Source: Bacteroidia bacterium
GTDB taxonomy: Bacteria; Bacteroidota; Bacteroidia; M30B66
Assembly (NCBI GenBank): GCA_965279035.1
Contig: OZ257142.1
Span: 1,824,001 to 1,888,000 of the forward strand
Direction: 5' to 3'
DNA: 64,000 nt
Below are positions 32,301 through 39,274 of this stretch, piece after piece; the first letter of the stretch is position 1; each line of letters starts with the position of its first letter. The notes under the pieces are model-generated. The model was given only the letters and a program-made list of their open reading frames with translations, had not been told where the DNA came from and did not search any database. Made by a program: the position numbers and the translations under genes.

Positions 32301-35300
32301 CATTTTTACCAATTCCTATCATAACAGGCTATTCACCTACATCTGCTTATACTGGTGAAGTGATAACCATTACAGGTTCTAACTTAAATACATTAACCTC
32401 CGTAACGATAGGTGGTACAACTGCTGTTCTTACTACACCAGCACCAACATCATCAACTGCTTATTATATTGTTGGTAGCGGAACATCAGGGAATGTTGTA
32501 GCAACGAATGCTTTTGGCTCTTTTACAGCTTCAACACCATTTACTTACTTAGGATATATTACCAATAACCCAAGCGACTGGAATACTGGTTCTACATGGT
32601 TAGGTGGAAATGTTCCAATTGCGAATGCAACTACAACTGTAAATCACGCGATTACGATTAATGCAGCTGTTGTTAATTCTCCAAATTCGATTACGATCAA
32701 CTCTACAAAATCAATCACTTTTGGTGCTAGTGGAGGAGTAACTGTTAATAATACACTCACTAACGGTGGTACAATCGATATGACCTCAGGAGGTGTTCTT
32801 ACCATGGCTTCTGGTTCAACATTCGCCAATGGTTCTTCAACCTTTACTGGTGGAACAGGAACCGTTGTATTTGCTGGAACAGGAACTGTTACGAGCGCAA
32901 GTGGAGTTCCATTTAATAATGTAACGTTGAATGGTTCTGTCAATCCAAGTGCTGGTAGTTCAATTGCCGGAACACTTCGAGTTAATCAAAGTGGTTCTAT
33001 CAATACCAATGCGTTAAGTTATGGTGCTGCATCTACCTTATTATATAATGGAACTTCAGCTCAAACACCAAATGCATTAGAGTTCCCATCTTCAAGCGGT
33101 CCTGTTAATTTCACAGCAAACAATCCAAGCAATGTGTATCTGCCTTTTAGCAGAACAATTTCCGGTGATTTTAGAATATTGACTGGTACAGTTAGCAACC
33201 TGAGTGGTTCGGCCGTTACTTTAACAATGAGCGGTTCGAATGCAACTCTTGAAGTTACAGGTACTCTTCAAGGTACTGATGTTGGAGCTGGTAACGACAT
33301 AAATCTAATCGTAAGTGGTGCTCTTACCTCCATTACTGGTAGCAACGTTACAACCTTGAAAGTCCTCAATGCAACCGTAAATAGTGGTTCAACCTTAGCA
33401 CTTGCTCGAAGCAATGTAGAGGTTCGCTACGGAGCATTCAACATCAATGGTACTGGTACACTTCGTATTGATGCCAATGGAAATGTTGCTGCATTTGATG
33501 CAAATAGTCGTGTTCCAATTTATGCTTCTACAGCAAACTTGGTTTACAATAGCGGTGGATCTTATGGTCGTTATGTAGAATGGTCAACATTGAGCGGTCC
33601 TGCCGGATATCCTGGAAATGTGATAATCCAAAATGGTACAACGCTGAATATTGGAACACCTTCGACCGATCTTGGAATCTATAGCAACTTGAGCTTAGGT
33701 CAAACTGGATCTGCTGGTTCATTAAACATGCAATCAACACCACAAGGAATTACTGTTGGTGGAGATGTAACAATTGGTAGCAATACTGGAACAAGTACTT
33801 TAACATTATCTACGAATGCATCAAGTCCGGCTCTACGTTTATCAGGAAACTGGAATAGAACTTCGAATGGTGCTTTTGTAGGAACTGGTTCTAATGGACG
33901 AGGTGTTTTCTTCGAAGGTGGAAATGCTCAAACGATCACTGCACCATCTACAGAAACATTTGAGTATTTATTGATCAATAAAACTTCAGGAACTAATGTA
34001 ACATTGAACAGTCCAGTAGTTGTGAATGCAACACTAACATTTACTTCTGGAACAGTAACATTAGGAAGTAATGATTTAACAGCAGCAACTCAAACAGGAG
34101 GAAATGTTACTTCGTATGCAATCACCAATGGTGCAGGTAAATTGAAACTGAATGTTAACAATACCAATATTTTCTTCCCTATTGGACCGAATTCAACTAC
34201 GTATGCTCCAGCTACATTGAATCAGGCTTCAACAGCGGAAGTGATAGGAGTAAGTGTTGCAAATGCACCTTCATACACACCTGCAGTAAACGATAACACT
34301 CAAATGGTAACCTTAGAGTGGAAAATGAATGAGTCGGTTGCTGGATCGAATTCTTTGATGACTCAATTCCAGTGGGCATCTTCTTCCGAAGCAGGTAGCT
34401 TTATTCGTGCAAATGGTGTTTTCCATGGTACATGGAATGGCACTACTTACACAGTTCGTCCAGCAAGTGCTACAACAGGATCGAATCCTTACATTTCTAC
34501 TTCAACTGTAAACTATACATCAACACTTAGCAATCAAAACTTTGTGGTTGGAAACATCAGTGGAATCATTGGTTGTTTCTCTACTGTTGCAAATGGAATT
34601 TGGAATGATGCAAATACTTGGTCAAGTGGAGTAATACCTCCAGGTGGCTCAAGTGTATGTATCAATAATACCATTACAGTTGGTCCGTCCGATCCAGATG
34701 TTACTGCTTTAGGAGTTACCATTAATGCTTCTGGTTCAATTAACTTGGATGTTGCAAGAACATTGACCATTTTAACTACTGGTGCTTTAGTAAACAACTC
34801 CGGTTCAAATCAGAATTTTGGTTTAGGTAGTGTATATGCAAATGGAGTTTTATCTATTGCTGGAGCAAATGTTTTCCTTCTTCCTAATTTAACATTAAAC
34901 GGAAATACTACAGTAACAACATCTCCAACGATTTTATCAAACCTAACCTTGAATTCAGGTGCATTCTTAACAGCATCACCTACTTACGGTTCTAACGCAA
35001 CCTTGATTTATAATACAGGTGGAAGTTACACTGTGAGCAATGAGTGGACTGGTAATTCGGCTACTCCGGGATTAGGTATACCTAAAAACGTAACGCTTAC
35101 AGGAACTACCTTGAACATGCCTACTAGCGATAGAGGAATTGGAGGAAACCTTAGCATTAGCAGCGGTACGGTGAATATGAATGGTACTTCGGGCGATTTA
35201 TATGTTGGTGGAAATTGGACGCGTGCTTCATTTGCTACGTTCAATCCAAATGGTCGTGCTGTGTTCTTTAACGGTTCTACCAACCAAACCATTTCAGTTA

Positions 35301-38300
35301 CTTCAAGCGGTACTGAAACATTCTCTTACTTATTAGTAGCTAAATCGGGAGGTAACTTGATTTTAGATAATACGAATCCGACGAATGTTACAGTAAGTGC
35401 TTCTTCAGGAAATGTGTTACAACTCAACTCCGGAACTACCATTGATTTAAATGGTAACACCATGTCACTCACTGGTACATCTGGAAATGTGAGCCTGCTT
35501 GGTGGAGCAAATTCAGTTATAGGTTCGGCTAATTCTGTATTCGCAATTTCAGGAGGTTTGAAAACTATTGTACCTTCAGGTGGAGCTACACTTAGCTTTG
35601 GATCGAATGTGAAAGTTGCTTTAAGTAATGGAATCAATTTCGGTTCATCCACATCAACCATAAACGGAACATTACAAATTGCTTTAGGTGGATACGTTAG
35701 TGGAAATGCACCTACTTATGCAAGTGGTTCAACTCTACGTTATTTCTCTGGTAGCACTTATGGCCGCGGTTTAGAATGGAGCACGAATTCAGGACCAGGT
35801 TATCCATACCATGTGACTGTTGATCAAAATGGAACAGTTACAACAGCCGACTTAAGTACAGGATCTGCTACTTGTCAACTAGCTGGAGACCTCACCTTGA
35901 ATAATGGAGGAAATATGACAATGGGAGCAATGACGAGTCCATTGATCATTCTTGGTAATGCTGTTATAGGAGGAGCTTCAAGTGGAACATTAACATTAAG
36001 TTCTGCTGCTGGTGGAGATGTTCGTATTGCTGGTGATTTAACCCGCAATGCAGGAGGAACGCTCACTCAAAACGGAAGAGAAGTTGAAATGAACGGTACA
36101 ACTGTTCAAAATATCAACGGAGTAACCAGCTTTGCATATCTAGCAATCAACAATTCAGGTGCTTCTGTTAAGTTAAATGCAAACTCTACCATTAGTAATC
36201 GTTTGCGTTTAACGAATGGTTCATTCGATTTAAATGGACAAACTTGCACTATGGCGAATGGTTCTAAAATCCTACGGATTAATGGAACGATGACAGCTTC
36301 TCCAAGTGTTGCCCCTGGCGATTTGTATGATTTGGAATATCAAGCAAGTGTGGCAAGTAGTTTCGAGTTTATTTCAGCCAATGATGCTGTTCGCGATTTG
36401 ATCATCACTACAGGTAATACATTAACACTAGGTGCTAGTCGCACATTCAACCGAGATTTAACATTGAGCGGTGGTGATTTGAATTTGGCAACTTATACAC
36501 TTACTGCTAGAGGAAATGCTGTGGCACCTTCATTCTCTGGTAGCATTACAGTAAGCGGTGGTGGTACACGAACTATTACTGGTGCTGCAGGTTCTGGTTT
36601 TGATTTCACTGGATTTGGTGCAAATAACCCAACCAAATACACTAAAACAGTATCAACGTTTGGAGGAACACTTCTTAATTTTGATTCGAATGTATTGGTA
36701 CGCATTGGAGATGGTTCAGTTGACTTTGGATCAGGAAGTCCAACTACCATTAACGGAGTCCTTCAAGTATTGCTTGGTGGTTCTGTAGGACAAATTTTGA
36801 ATCCATGTTATTACGGATCAAACTCGATTTTGAGATTTGCTAATACAGTAGATTATCAAGTTGGAGTAAATGATAAAACTTGGGCAAGTGGTTCTATTTC
36901 TTCAGGTAATCCTGGTATTCCATACAATGTGGAGGTAAACGATAACGGAACTGATCTTCAGTTACAGGATACACGTGCATTGAGAAATAATCTAGCAATC
37001 ACCGATGGTACATTTACTTTAACTCCAGCATACACCAGTACGTTCAATATTGGTGGTAACTGGACACGTTCGGGTGCTACTAGCGCATTTAATCATAACA
37101 GCAAAAAAGTGGTATTTGACAAACAAGCCGCTGGTAATCAAACAATCACTGTTAGCTCAGGAGTTACTGCCGAAACATTCTACGACCTAGAAGTTTCTCC
37201 TGTAACTGGTAATTTGCAAGCTGGATCTTCATCCGCCTTGAATGTGTTGAATACGCTCAATTTCGTAAGTGGTAAATTGGATATTGGAGCAAATCGCTTA
37301 ACAATTGGAACCGCATCAGCAAACGGTAGCATAACAAATGCAAGCAGTTCGATGTATGTCATTTCGAATGCAACTGCGGGTGGTGGTAATATTCGCCGCT
37401 ACACAAATACAAACGCAACATTCGACTTCCCAGTAGGTGATGCTGGTGGATATAATCCGGTTTCTTTAACATTGAGCAATGGTGGACAAGCTGGTGCTTA
37501 CATTACTACTACAGTAGTTTCAGGAATGCATCCAAATATGACGGCTCCTGCACCAACGATTTACATTGCACGTTACTGGTCAGTAGAACCAACTGGATTA
37601 GCTACGAGTCCTGTTTACGACATCAACTATACTTACATTACTGGTGATGAAGTAGGCGTAGGAACCATGTACCCTGTTAAATACAGTACAGCAACAGCAA
37701 CTCCAGGATGGCAAAGTTGTCCAGGCTCTTTAGCTGCTGCCGTTACAGGAACTGCAGGTGGTAATAACGTTCCAACAAAAACGTTCTCATGGACTGGTTT
37801 AACAACCTTCTCCGATTTCTCTGGAGCTGGTGATGGTTCACCTCTTCCAATTGAATTGTTAAACTTTACTGCTACTCCAAAAGGCGAAGTTGTGGTGTTA
37901 GATTGGTCAACTGCTTCAGAGATTAACAATGATTACTTCACGTTAGAACGTTCTGATGATCTTGTTAAAATTGAATCAGTTGGTAAAGTAGCTGGAGCTG
38001 GAAACAGCACGAATATTCTCAATTACACGTATTCTGATAAAATGCCTTTGAGTGGAGTAAGCTATTACAGATTACGCCAAACCGATTTTAACGGAAGTAC
38101 TGAAGTGAGTGATTGGGTTCCAGTTACATTTAACAAAGGCAATACGGCTTTAGATTTTGGTTTCTTCTTAACTAATCGTGGTGAGAACTTCCTTCAATTT
38201 GGAATTGCCAATACAGCACCTATCACTTCATTAGAAGTTATTGATGCAACAGGTAGAGTGATTGTGAATGAGGTGTTTGAAACAAGAAACAGCAATACAA

Positions 38301-38395
38301 GCAAAACGCTTTACATGCCTGAAATTGCACCTGGTGTATATTTCCTTCGTGTTCAAAGTGGCGGACAACAGTTAATTCGCAAGTTTGGCTGGTAA
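17333..38395 (+). CDS. Giant (~7,020 aa) T9SS-secreted beta-strand-repeat surface protein/adhesin
   Basis: Signal peptide ending AFA|Q (ATG 17333 or 17357; the ORF-track TTG at 17189 is unlikely); PATR repeats KSGTGTLTLSGANTY.G.T; IPT/TIG-like domain near 32310; PLPIELL.F...W.TASE.NND.F..ERS...YYRL.Q.D plus type A CTD. Confidence 0.92.
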   Translation: MKNFNSTTMMLTRIRLTCLLVLAGLSAFAQTTVTYTQQQANYYTTFTAGTAGNFNQGSFQLGMYANAGGTKQVASFRKFRTDGSGSSTGDRSMKVGDQFVVTLSATRAYGRIGFSLLASPSATTAWTDRENNYAMSMNLDGNSGAWGNWYAKYNGGGTSAGSANVAGQQTTYKNFTFTLTLTAPDRMNATWTDGTTTSNLYDIQLNTSNPITDYCVFLEDDWDGGANRNIYWGLGAVGTQHTLTNTGNCTIGQSNSSFTTSGVIFNGLDANSASTNSLNNNLVKSGTGTLTLSGANTYVGTTTVNGGSLLLGASGVIPDASNVTLNGGTLSSGSGAGFTEVMGTLNLSANSTLALGTGAHTITFANSSAVSWTANTILTVTGWTGTNNGNSSGTAGKLFVGNGFGGLTGIQLSRIRFNISGTLYGAMQLSTGEVVPTGGTVLYYGGANGTWTGSLWSVNEGGPYTTAWTSGCHAVMNLTSGANTLTGATTNIAAITVNAAVTYAIGGTWSMGPAGAAVAPIYVDNGVTFSMLGQGISVTAGNGIIKNGSGILQGANGNNYLGGFTINNGMFAIGGINSMGNGGTLNINGGTLAGTANRDLTGKFSSITIGGDFTLGSSTSPASGTATLTFTNNTALGSSVTRTITLGGTGLITWNGIISGTSSNLTIGATAAGSMSLGGVNTFGGNFTVNAASSTITLAAANSYGGGTVVNAGTLKLTISSAIPSGSALSFANTSGAILDLTTTALTHTVASLSGGGSTGGNISFGAPATGEVLTINQSGNTTYSGLISGNGSITKTGAGILTFGHTANTYTGSTTISAGELRLNPSTTTATFASPVILSGGKLSTTSITAATTFTSSSTLKLNASSSIDLGSNAHSLKFAASNGVAWTGATTLTINGWTGTGGATGTAGKIFFGSAVGTLTGTQLGQITFTGYTGTPILLSTGELVPPVPSVTYTWTGGAGDFLWTSPANWSPGTSTAGVGPTATDNVVIPVATNMLNLNVAKTAANFTLSGTGSFQVGASGSLTVTGTLTNSSSATPTFNCGSTFTVSSAGQTIPAWNYGNLVLSGTTATLASSGTIGICGSYTPSATTTVTGSTVDFNGSTAQSILTNAAVFNNLTISNTASTVTSGVNVTVNGTGTINSSATFIQSAGTFAANAVATTVNGTLRVTSTGAATGSAANLIFSSTGTYDHNRDGGAIPSASWNATSNCNITGINATLCTNTAQTFGNFLWNCPSSSTTFNFGAALMTNVVGLCEIRNTNGATGTLGFDATRTWTGNLSITGGRIALTRTGSATSSSLTVNNFTLDNTSDANARFTLGGNASNVASTLTVNGTFTITLGQNAAVSPIIVYGGLAGTENVNVVGNFSQTGAFTGSIGGSSSRNFNFTGAGTRTISWASSTLWGSVAVNVNSPAIIDIANYVLNNTGTFTLNSGAGIITANVNGLTTSGATGSIQSSGSRTYTSGANYTYNGTASQATGNGLNQNTPTNVNIDNTAGVTLSGATTISGVLTLTNGKLDIGANDLTLSSVGLGSVTGASSSKYIITSGAGQLLRAISTGGYPLTYTYPVGDASNYTPAAFNFTSGGTARNIGVRVVNTVHPSNTPSTDYANRYWAVSNSNAAGTFAYTPTFTIVDPGDIGAGSYANMKINRWNGTSWTQYDTSPNTTFSTPDFTLTSTLIQFTIVNGGTNEFAIRLNNPAINYTWNGGTSSSWTTTTNWTPNGTPGVNDNITIPDVASYTNELIVSGSKTVTDFTVSANGKYTLGAASSLNVAGNYTYSSSTAPTFDCTSTLSLSSASSQTVPAHNYGHLNLSGGDRVLASSGTIGICGNYTPSSGVTTITGSTVDFNGTSAQTIITNAASFNNLTISNTSSTVTASVNVTINGTATINSSATYVQSANTLTIAAATTTNVNGTLRNSGGTITNSGTLNFNASSIYDHARDGGAVPTATWNATSNCNITGINATLCTNTAQTFGNFLWNCPSSSTSFNFGAALMTNVVGLCEIRNTNGATGTLGFDATRTWTGNLSITGGRIALTRTGSATSSSLTVNNFTLDNTSDANARFTIGGSGSNVSAVLTTNGNFTMVMGQNAAATPVIVYGGILGTENIIVKGNFSHSGSGTGTISRSGTGGTSETFTFTPTGAQTFTSANASLFGLCDVVLNGTGSLAFDATSIIANTTGATPTVGRFTLASGATIITANTGGLSLTGSTGSIQSGGTRTYNAAANYTYNGSSAQITGLGLVQANNLTINNAAGVTLSAGTTITNNVNLSNGVLTLNTADLIINNAATITGTFGPTAMIATTGSASRSSGRVMRMFPSGTSSGSFTFPLGDITGTAEYSPITISLSYTGATLPPYVAYKVKDAQNPSDPSITNYISRYWEVTSNLYSATGISFTTTSTYVTADIVGTETLIEPNRLSQSGVDIGTWYEDATGSAGSNTLNGATLTSANDFNDDDLTGRLTVPIYFRSNVATGNFESPGSWLVSTDPAFLAPVGTTTTASPTYSNCDGIEIMSGHNITIAAAAGIDQATVNSGGTLTIGAGATLVVYNGTGTDLQVNGSLVNQSSIAVTLAGTLVIGSTGLYNHNINSGTIPSATWTAGSNCLISGMTTTAPSGLGQAFSDFTFNSTLSASNSLSSALTNVGRDLTINGTGGFTLGLTSTTALALTVGRDLNVTSGFLTLVTGANTNTVSLTVSGDLKISGNGGFSIAGGSSSGAGSTTLTVNGLVNNTSSSGTSFVMSGASKIVTATIANGYSQSSGTASMSQGSGATTLTIATGGFTLSGTGSFNMNNGGTGGATMNITSGDFTQSAGNFNLCASSTGPAYINQNNAANGMVLSGGTMNVLLGNSVTYANRPIITLAGSFSQSGSHAFDWGGGSVSNTASPYPAELRVAKDFSRAGTSTINCSSGSVTNKGLILFNGTQNISSLSTGTFNKTETQISGTSTLNNDFTMTSGANTVFTINSGGRLNTNNYVVSAPGGTPTFTLSSGGTISLTAASGTSNSTGNIQINAPTYNAGGNYLFEGSTSGMVTGPYLPASVTGNITINNSNGVTLSNNLTIGAASVLTLTSGVFDLGTSNLILTSGATISNYAISRYIKTSSTGTIRQTLATNTPVLFPVGNSGYNPITLSQSGASDNYTLRMIDGAISGLSPNDVTKTINRNWSFTRTSSSIVSITASSISYNVGEENNATNFNAGTQPYYGLYNGALWVQATATQGAQTFTSANAVSSSTSTSFNVAMGKDDAFINPSTTYTWVGNGAAGDWTDPNNWNPSTSLAGPLPGDNIIINAPGTASNNLNLNISKTVTDVTFNGTGVMALGASGSLTINGTVTYGGSFSATLNCSSTINYANTTALTIPPFNYGNLVNANASVRTWAASATTGICGTLTAGIGSTFTAGAGSTVDYNGTGAQTVVNLNYNNLTISQNRGGATVTLASGTIDVAGTFNPSLSNNSISYSGNTINFSGSAGQGIPAFTYNNITSSNLARTWANSGVIDVNGTFAIPSSGVQTVTGSTVRYSSTAAGTITLTSFSSSATPRHYNNLEIVGGASSIWNLASGFNLGCAGNFDLTGAGTFTVAVNATANSMTVDGNLTVSGSGNLIIANTATATLVNNLTVTGNTTISNGLLTCIGASSSTTVQGNLSTTDLTISGSGAVNLDAASNTASAAITVNGNMSVTSTSASAVNFGSGTNNANNVFNLKGNLSKSGTGSFNCTGTFNSTTGFFFNNGSGTQQFSYAGTAMTAANINVSAASTLQLMSSFNLGSAGASSLNVVGTGVLIMGTNVVTAGNSANLFSLSSTGTLKTANTSGVIGSIAGFTFANCTFASGAIFEFNGAAAQNTGVSTFTGITTASFYTITWTGTTSLTLDKSWSLNTLNFTNSGLIYLGTNNLTITSAGSITGGSFSASKMIVTDNTGTLVRSVTSVGVGLPFTWPIGENTGTTEYSPVTIASLASGGIAGSIGFRVVDGIQPNMSPATIYASRYWPCTVSGYNATYTLGSSTFTYVPGDIVVGPESSFKGDVYNSTTSLWTELASSSAVSSVLTIASGLNGTVMPTGGSSATYDIAPRVDVPTYYQTVASGNWTTLGTWEISTDPAFVSPAGSPAVSVPTNLNSAGIFIRNGHTVTVNTSLSGDDVTIYSGGTLQLTGNTFTLANGSAATDLTVNSGGTLLCASATNNSLVVASGASMQVNGLFMQAGSASPDLTNSGTITIGATGTYEHARNAGIIPTCTWTAGSLCLLSAVTNNVPSGLAQSFHHFTVNTTLTASVSTSGNLQTILGDFNLTTNHASFAFSLSAGTSYSLNVSGDMTINNGILDCANSGAGPNSVTVTGTTTMTGANSQITKKGPAAMTWNFNGNYTQNSGTLEFNAGGSSNTTVNFRGDVVMNGPVQRTNGGTHLMNFLKASGVQTLSQGTPITTAQAIVWAVGNGTTTNTVQMLTDVNVGTSGSTTFTVNNAATLDFQDKTLYGTNAPFSMGATATLKMGSQYGITTAAVGATSGNLQTQVAGRVVQATGTFIYSGTVNQVTGNLLPSTLTGTGKLTISNTGTIGNNTVTLTTTPTTTPTFNLVSGLFAAGVGQTLNITSGGTVNATGGDFVTGSTAGFINFPGTGTWTGSCNPYNVNISGGVNFGAGTVTIQNSGTLKINAGGFVSTNAPFYNANSNLQYNVTSGTTYGRGLEWYQSAGRGYPGNVRISNNNTLDPANGGGNINGSAAVNTVLNCAGSLTIDAGSSMYMDFGGNNMQVNLNILGSLNISGNLSSSGTAGKDIYVGRDWNYNTGASYNANTRAVFLNGSVNQNVGGTASTTFPYLVLNNSAGATLTISQTVSNTLTLTNGKLTLGNFDLNSNGTISGASTSNYVVTNGTGRLKQTVAASNVAFPVGNSTYNPITLNNTGTSDVYGVIAKDGAAGSESDNTKIVLRNWDINEASAGGSNLAITTQWNAPVAQTGQEASNFVRADASRWIGNYTGGVWTQNASSLAGSDPYTYTASGFTSLGIFEPGIQNAFLPIPIITGYSPTSAYTGEVITITGSNLNTLTSVTIGGTTAVLTTPAPTSSTAYYIVGSGTSGNVVATNAFGSFTASTPFTYLGYITNNPSDWNTGSTWLGGNVPIANATTTVNHAITINAAVVNSPNSITINSTKSITFGASGGVTVNNTLTNGGTIDMTSGGVLTMASGSTFANGSSTFTGGTGTVVFAGTGTVTSASGVPFNNVTLNGSVNPSAGSSIAGTLRVNQSGSINTNALSYGAASTLLYNGTSAQTPNALEFPSSSGPVNFTANNPSNVYLPFSRTISGDFRILTGTVSNLSGSAVTLTMSGSNATLEVTGTLQGTDVGAGNDINLIVSGALTSITGSNVTTLKVLNATVNSGSTLALARSNVEVRYGAFNINGTGTLRIDANGNVAAFDANSRVPIYASTANLVYNSGGSYGRYVEWSTLSGPAGYPGNVIIQNGTTLNIGTPSTDLGIYSNLSLGQTGSAGSLNMQSTPQGITVGGDVTIGSNTGTSTLTLSTNASSPALRLSGNWNRTSNGAFVGTGSNGRGVFFEGGNAQTITAPSTETFEYLLINKTSGTNVTLNSPVVVNATLTFTSGTVTLGSNDLTAATQTGGNVTSYAITNGAGKLKLNVNNTNIFFPIGPNSTTYAPATLNQASTAEVIGVSVANAPSYTPAVNDNTQMVTLEWKMNESVAGSNSLMTQFQWASSSEAGSFIRANGVFHGTWNGTTYTVRPASATTGSNPYISTSTVNYTSTLSNQNFVVGNISGIIGCFSTVANGIWNDANTWSSGVIPPGGSSVCINNTITVGPSDPDVTALGVTINASGSINLDVARTLTILTTGALVNNSGSNQNFGLGSVYANGVLSIAGANVFLLPNLTLNGNTTVTTSPTILSNLTLNSGAFLTASPTYGSNATLIYNTGGSYTVSNEWTGNSATPGLGIPKNVTLTGTTLNMPTSDRGIGGNLSISSGTVNMNGTSGDLYVGGNWTRASFATFNPNGRAVFFNGSTNQTISVTSSGTETFSYLLVAKSGGNLILDNTNPTNVTVSASSGNVLQLNSGTTIDLNGNTMSLTGTSGNVSLLGGANSVIGSANSVFAISGGLKTIVPSGGATLSFGSNVKVALSNGINFGSSTSTINGTLQIALGGYVSGNAPTYASGSTLRYFSGSTYGRGLEWSTNSGPGYPYHVTVDQNGTVTTADLSTGSATCQLAGDLTLNNGGNMTMGAMTSPLIILGNAVIGGASSGTLTLSSAAGGDVRIAGDLTRNAGGTLTQNGREVEMNGTTVQNINGVTSFAYLAINNSGASVKLNANSTISNRLRLTNGSFDLNGQTCTMANGSKILRINGTMTASPSVAPGDLYDLEYQASVASSFEFISANDAVRDLIITTGNTLTLGASRTFNRDLTLSGGDLNLATYTLTARGNAVAPSFSGSITVSGGGTRTITGAAGSGFDFTGFGANNPTKYTKTVSTFGGTLLNFDSNVLVRIGDGSVDFGSGSPTTINGVLQVLLGGSVGQILNPCYYGSNSILRFANTVDYQVGVNDKTWASGSISSGNPGIPYNVEVNDNGTDLQLQDTRALRNNLAITDGTFTLTPAYTSTFNIGGNWTRSGATSAFNHNSKKVVFDKQAAGNQTITVSSGVTAETFYDLEVSPVTGNLQAGSSSALNVLNTLNFVSGKLDIGANRLTIGTASANGSITNASSSMYVISNATAGGGNIRRYTNTNATFDFPVGDAGGYNPVSLTLSNGGQAGAYITTTVVSGMHPNMTAPAPTIYIARYWSVEPTGLATSPVYDINYTYITGDEVGVGTMYPVKYSTATATPGWQSCPGSLAAAVTGTAGGNNVPTKTFSWTGLTTFSDFSGAGDGSPLPIELLNFTATPKGEVVVLDWSTASEINNDYFTLERSDDLVKIESVGKVAGAGNSTNILNYTYSDKMPLSGVSYYRLRQTDFNGSTEVSDWVPVTFNKGNTALDFGFFLTNRGENFLQFGIANTAPITSLEVIDATGRVIVNEVFETRNSNTSKTLYMPEIAPGVYFLRVQSGGQQLIRKFGW
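20941..23514 (+). repeat. Intragenic duplication: 20941-21282 vs 23173-23514
   Basis: ~114 codons almost identical in protein (WNATSNCNITGIN...DANARFT); DNA differences mostly synonymous; offset 2232 bp. Confidence 0.9.
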
Positions 38396-38415
38396 TATTA
38401 GAATCGAATCCATTG

Positions 38416-38447
38416 AAAAAGCCGTCCTAGTTTGGACGGCTTTTTTT
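38416..38447 (+). terminator. Rho-independent terminator, likely bidirectional
   Basis: AAAAAGCCGTCC-tagttt-GGACGGCTTTTTTT. Confidence 0.9.
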
Positions 38448-38626
38448 ATATGTATTCATTCAGCAATTACTCCATTGAATAGATAAAATCAATGCATGCT
38501 TAGGAATTAGATGATTCTAAGTATGATTGGGAAGTAAAGGATTTGATGAGATAGTTCCTTTTATAGAGTCATTCTTTTTCTTAAAAGAATGCTTTAGATC
38601 GAAGGAAATGAATCGAGCTCTTATTC

Positions 38627-39157
38627 TTATTTGATTCCTTCAAATTCAAACTGAAACTTAGTGGCAAATTTTTCCTGTGCTACACTTAGTTTTTGATTTA
38701 AGATTTCCTCTTGAGAGCGAACACGTTCTACAATTAGATTAAGCTTAGTTATATCCCCATCGGAAGCTGTATCCCCCTTTAAAAAAATATCAATCATTTC
38801 TTTGTATTCATGATGGAATACATTGTTATAAAACTGCAGTAAATCAATCGCCGAGTTTCTTAGTAAGGAATCACCTTCATAGTCGCTTAGTTGATTGAGC
38901 ATTGCTAATGAAGAATCGGAACGAGTGACCAATGCATGATATTGAAGCAAAACTTCTTGTTCTGTTCCATTATCGAAAGCATCGGTCAATTTAACCATGT
39001 TTCGGATGGTTGCATTCTGATGATCAACAATAAAATCGTTGTATTCTACTGGGGTGTAGAAAATTATTTCACCCGCATGAGCTCTTTTAGGGGAGCAGGA
39101 GGGAAGTAAAAGGACGATACAAACGCAACAAAACAGCGATGAAGCAACCTTGATCAT
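38627..39157 (-). CDS. Helical lipoprotein, unknown function
   Basis: Lipobox LPSC; P.EYND.IV..Q and AQ.KFA..F motifs. Confidence 0.7.
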   Translation of the reverse strand: MIKVASSLFCCVCIVLLLPSCSPKRAHAGEIIFYTPVEYNDFIVDHQNATIRNMVKLTDAFDNGTEQEVLLQYHALVTRSDSSLAMLNQLSDYEGDSLLRNSAIDLLQFYNNVFHHEYKEMIDIFLKGDTASDGDITKLNLIVERVRSQEEILNQKLSVAQEKFATKFQFEFEGIK

Positions 39158-39208
39158 GAATTCAACATCTTCGATGGCAAAACTACTCAAAAGAGTGGCT
39201 TAATATCA

Positions 39209-39250
39209 ATAAAAAACGCCCTGTTCCTTTGTTAGGAACAAGACGTATTT
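39209..39250 (-). terminator. Probable terminator of 39275..40087
   Basis: Imperfect stem ACG..TGTTCCT/AGGAACA..CGT with A-run at 39211-39216. Confidence 0.55.
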
Positions 39251-39274
39251 GAAAACAGGTATGTTGAATGTTTT

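Noticed and set aside
17639-37929. Many antisense and alternate-frame ORFs inside the giant gene
   Set aside because: Shadow ORFs from biased Thr/Gly/Asn/Ser codons (Val/Pro-rich), without motifs
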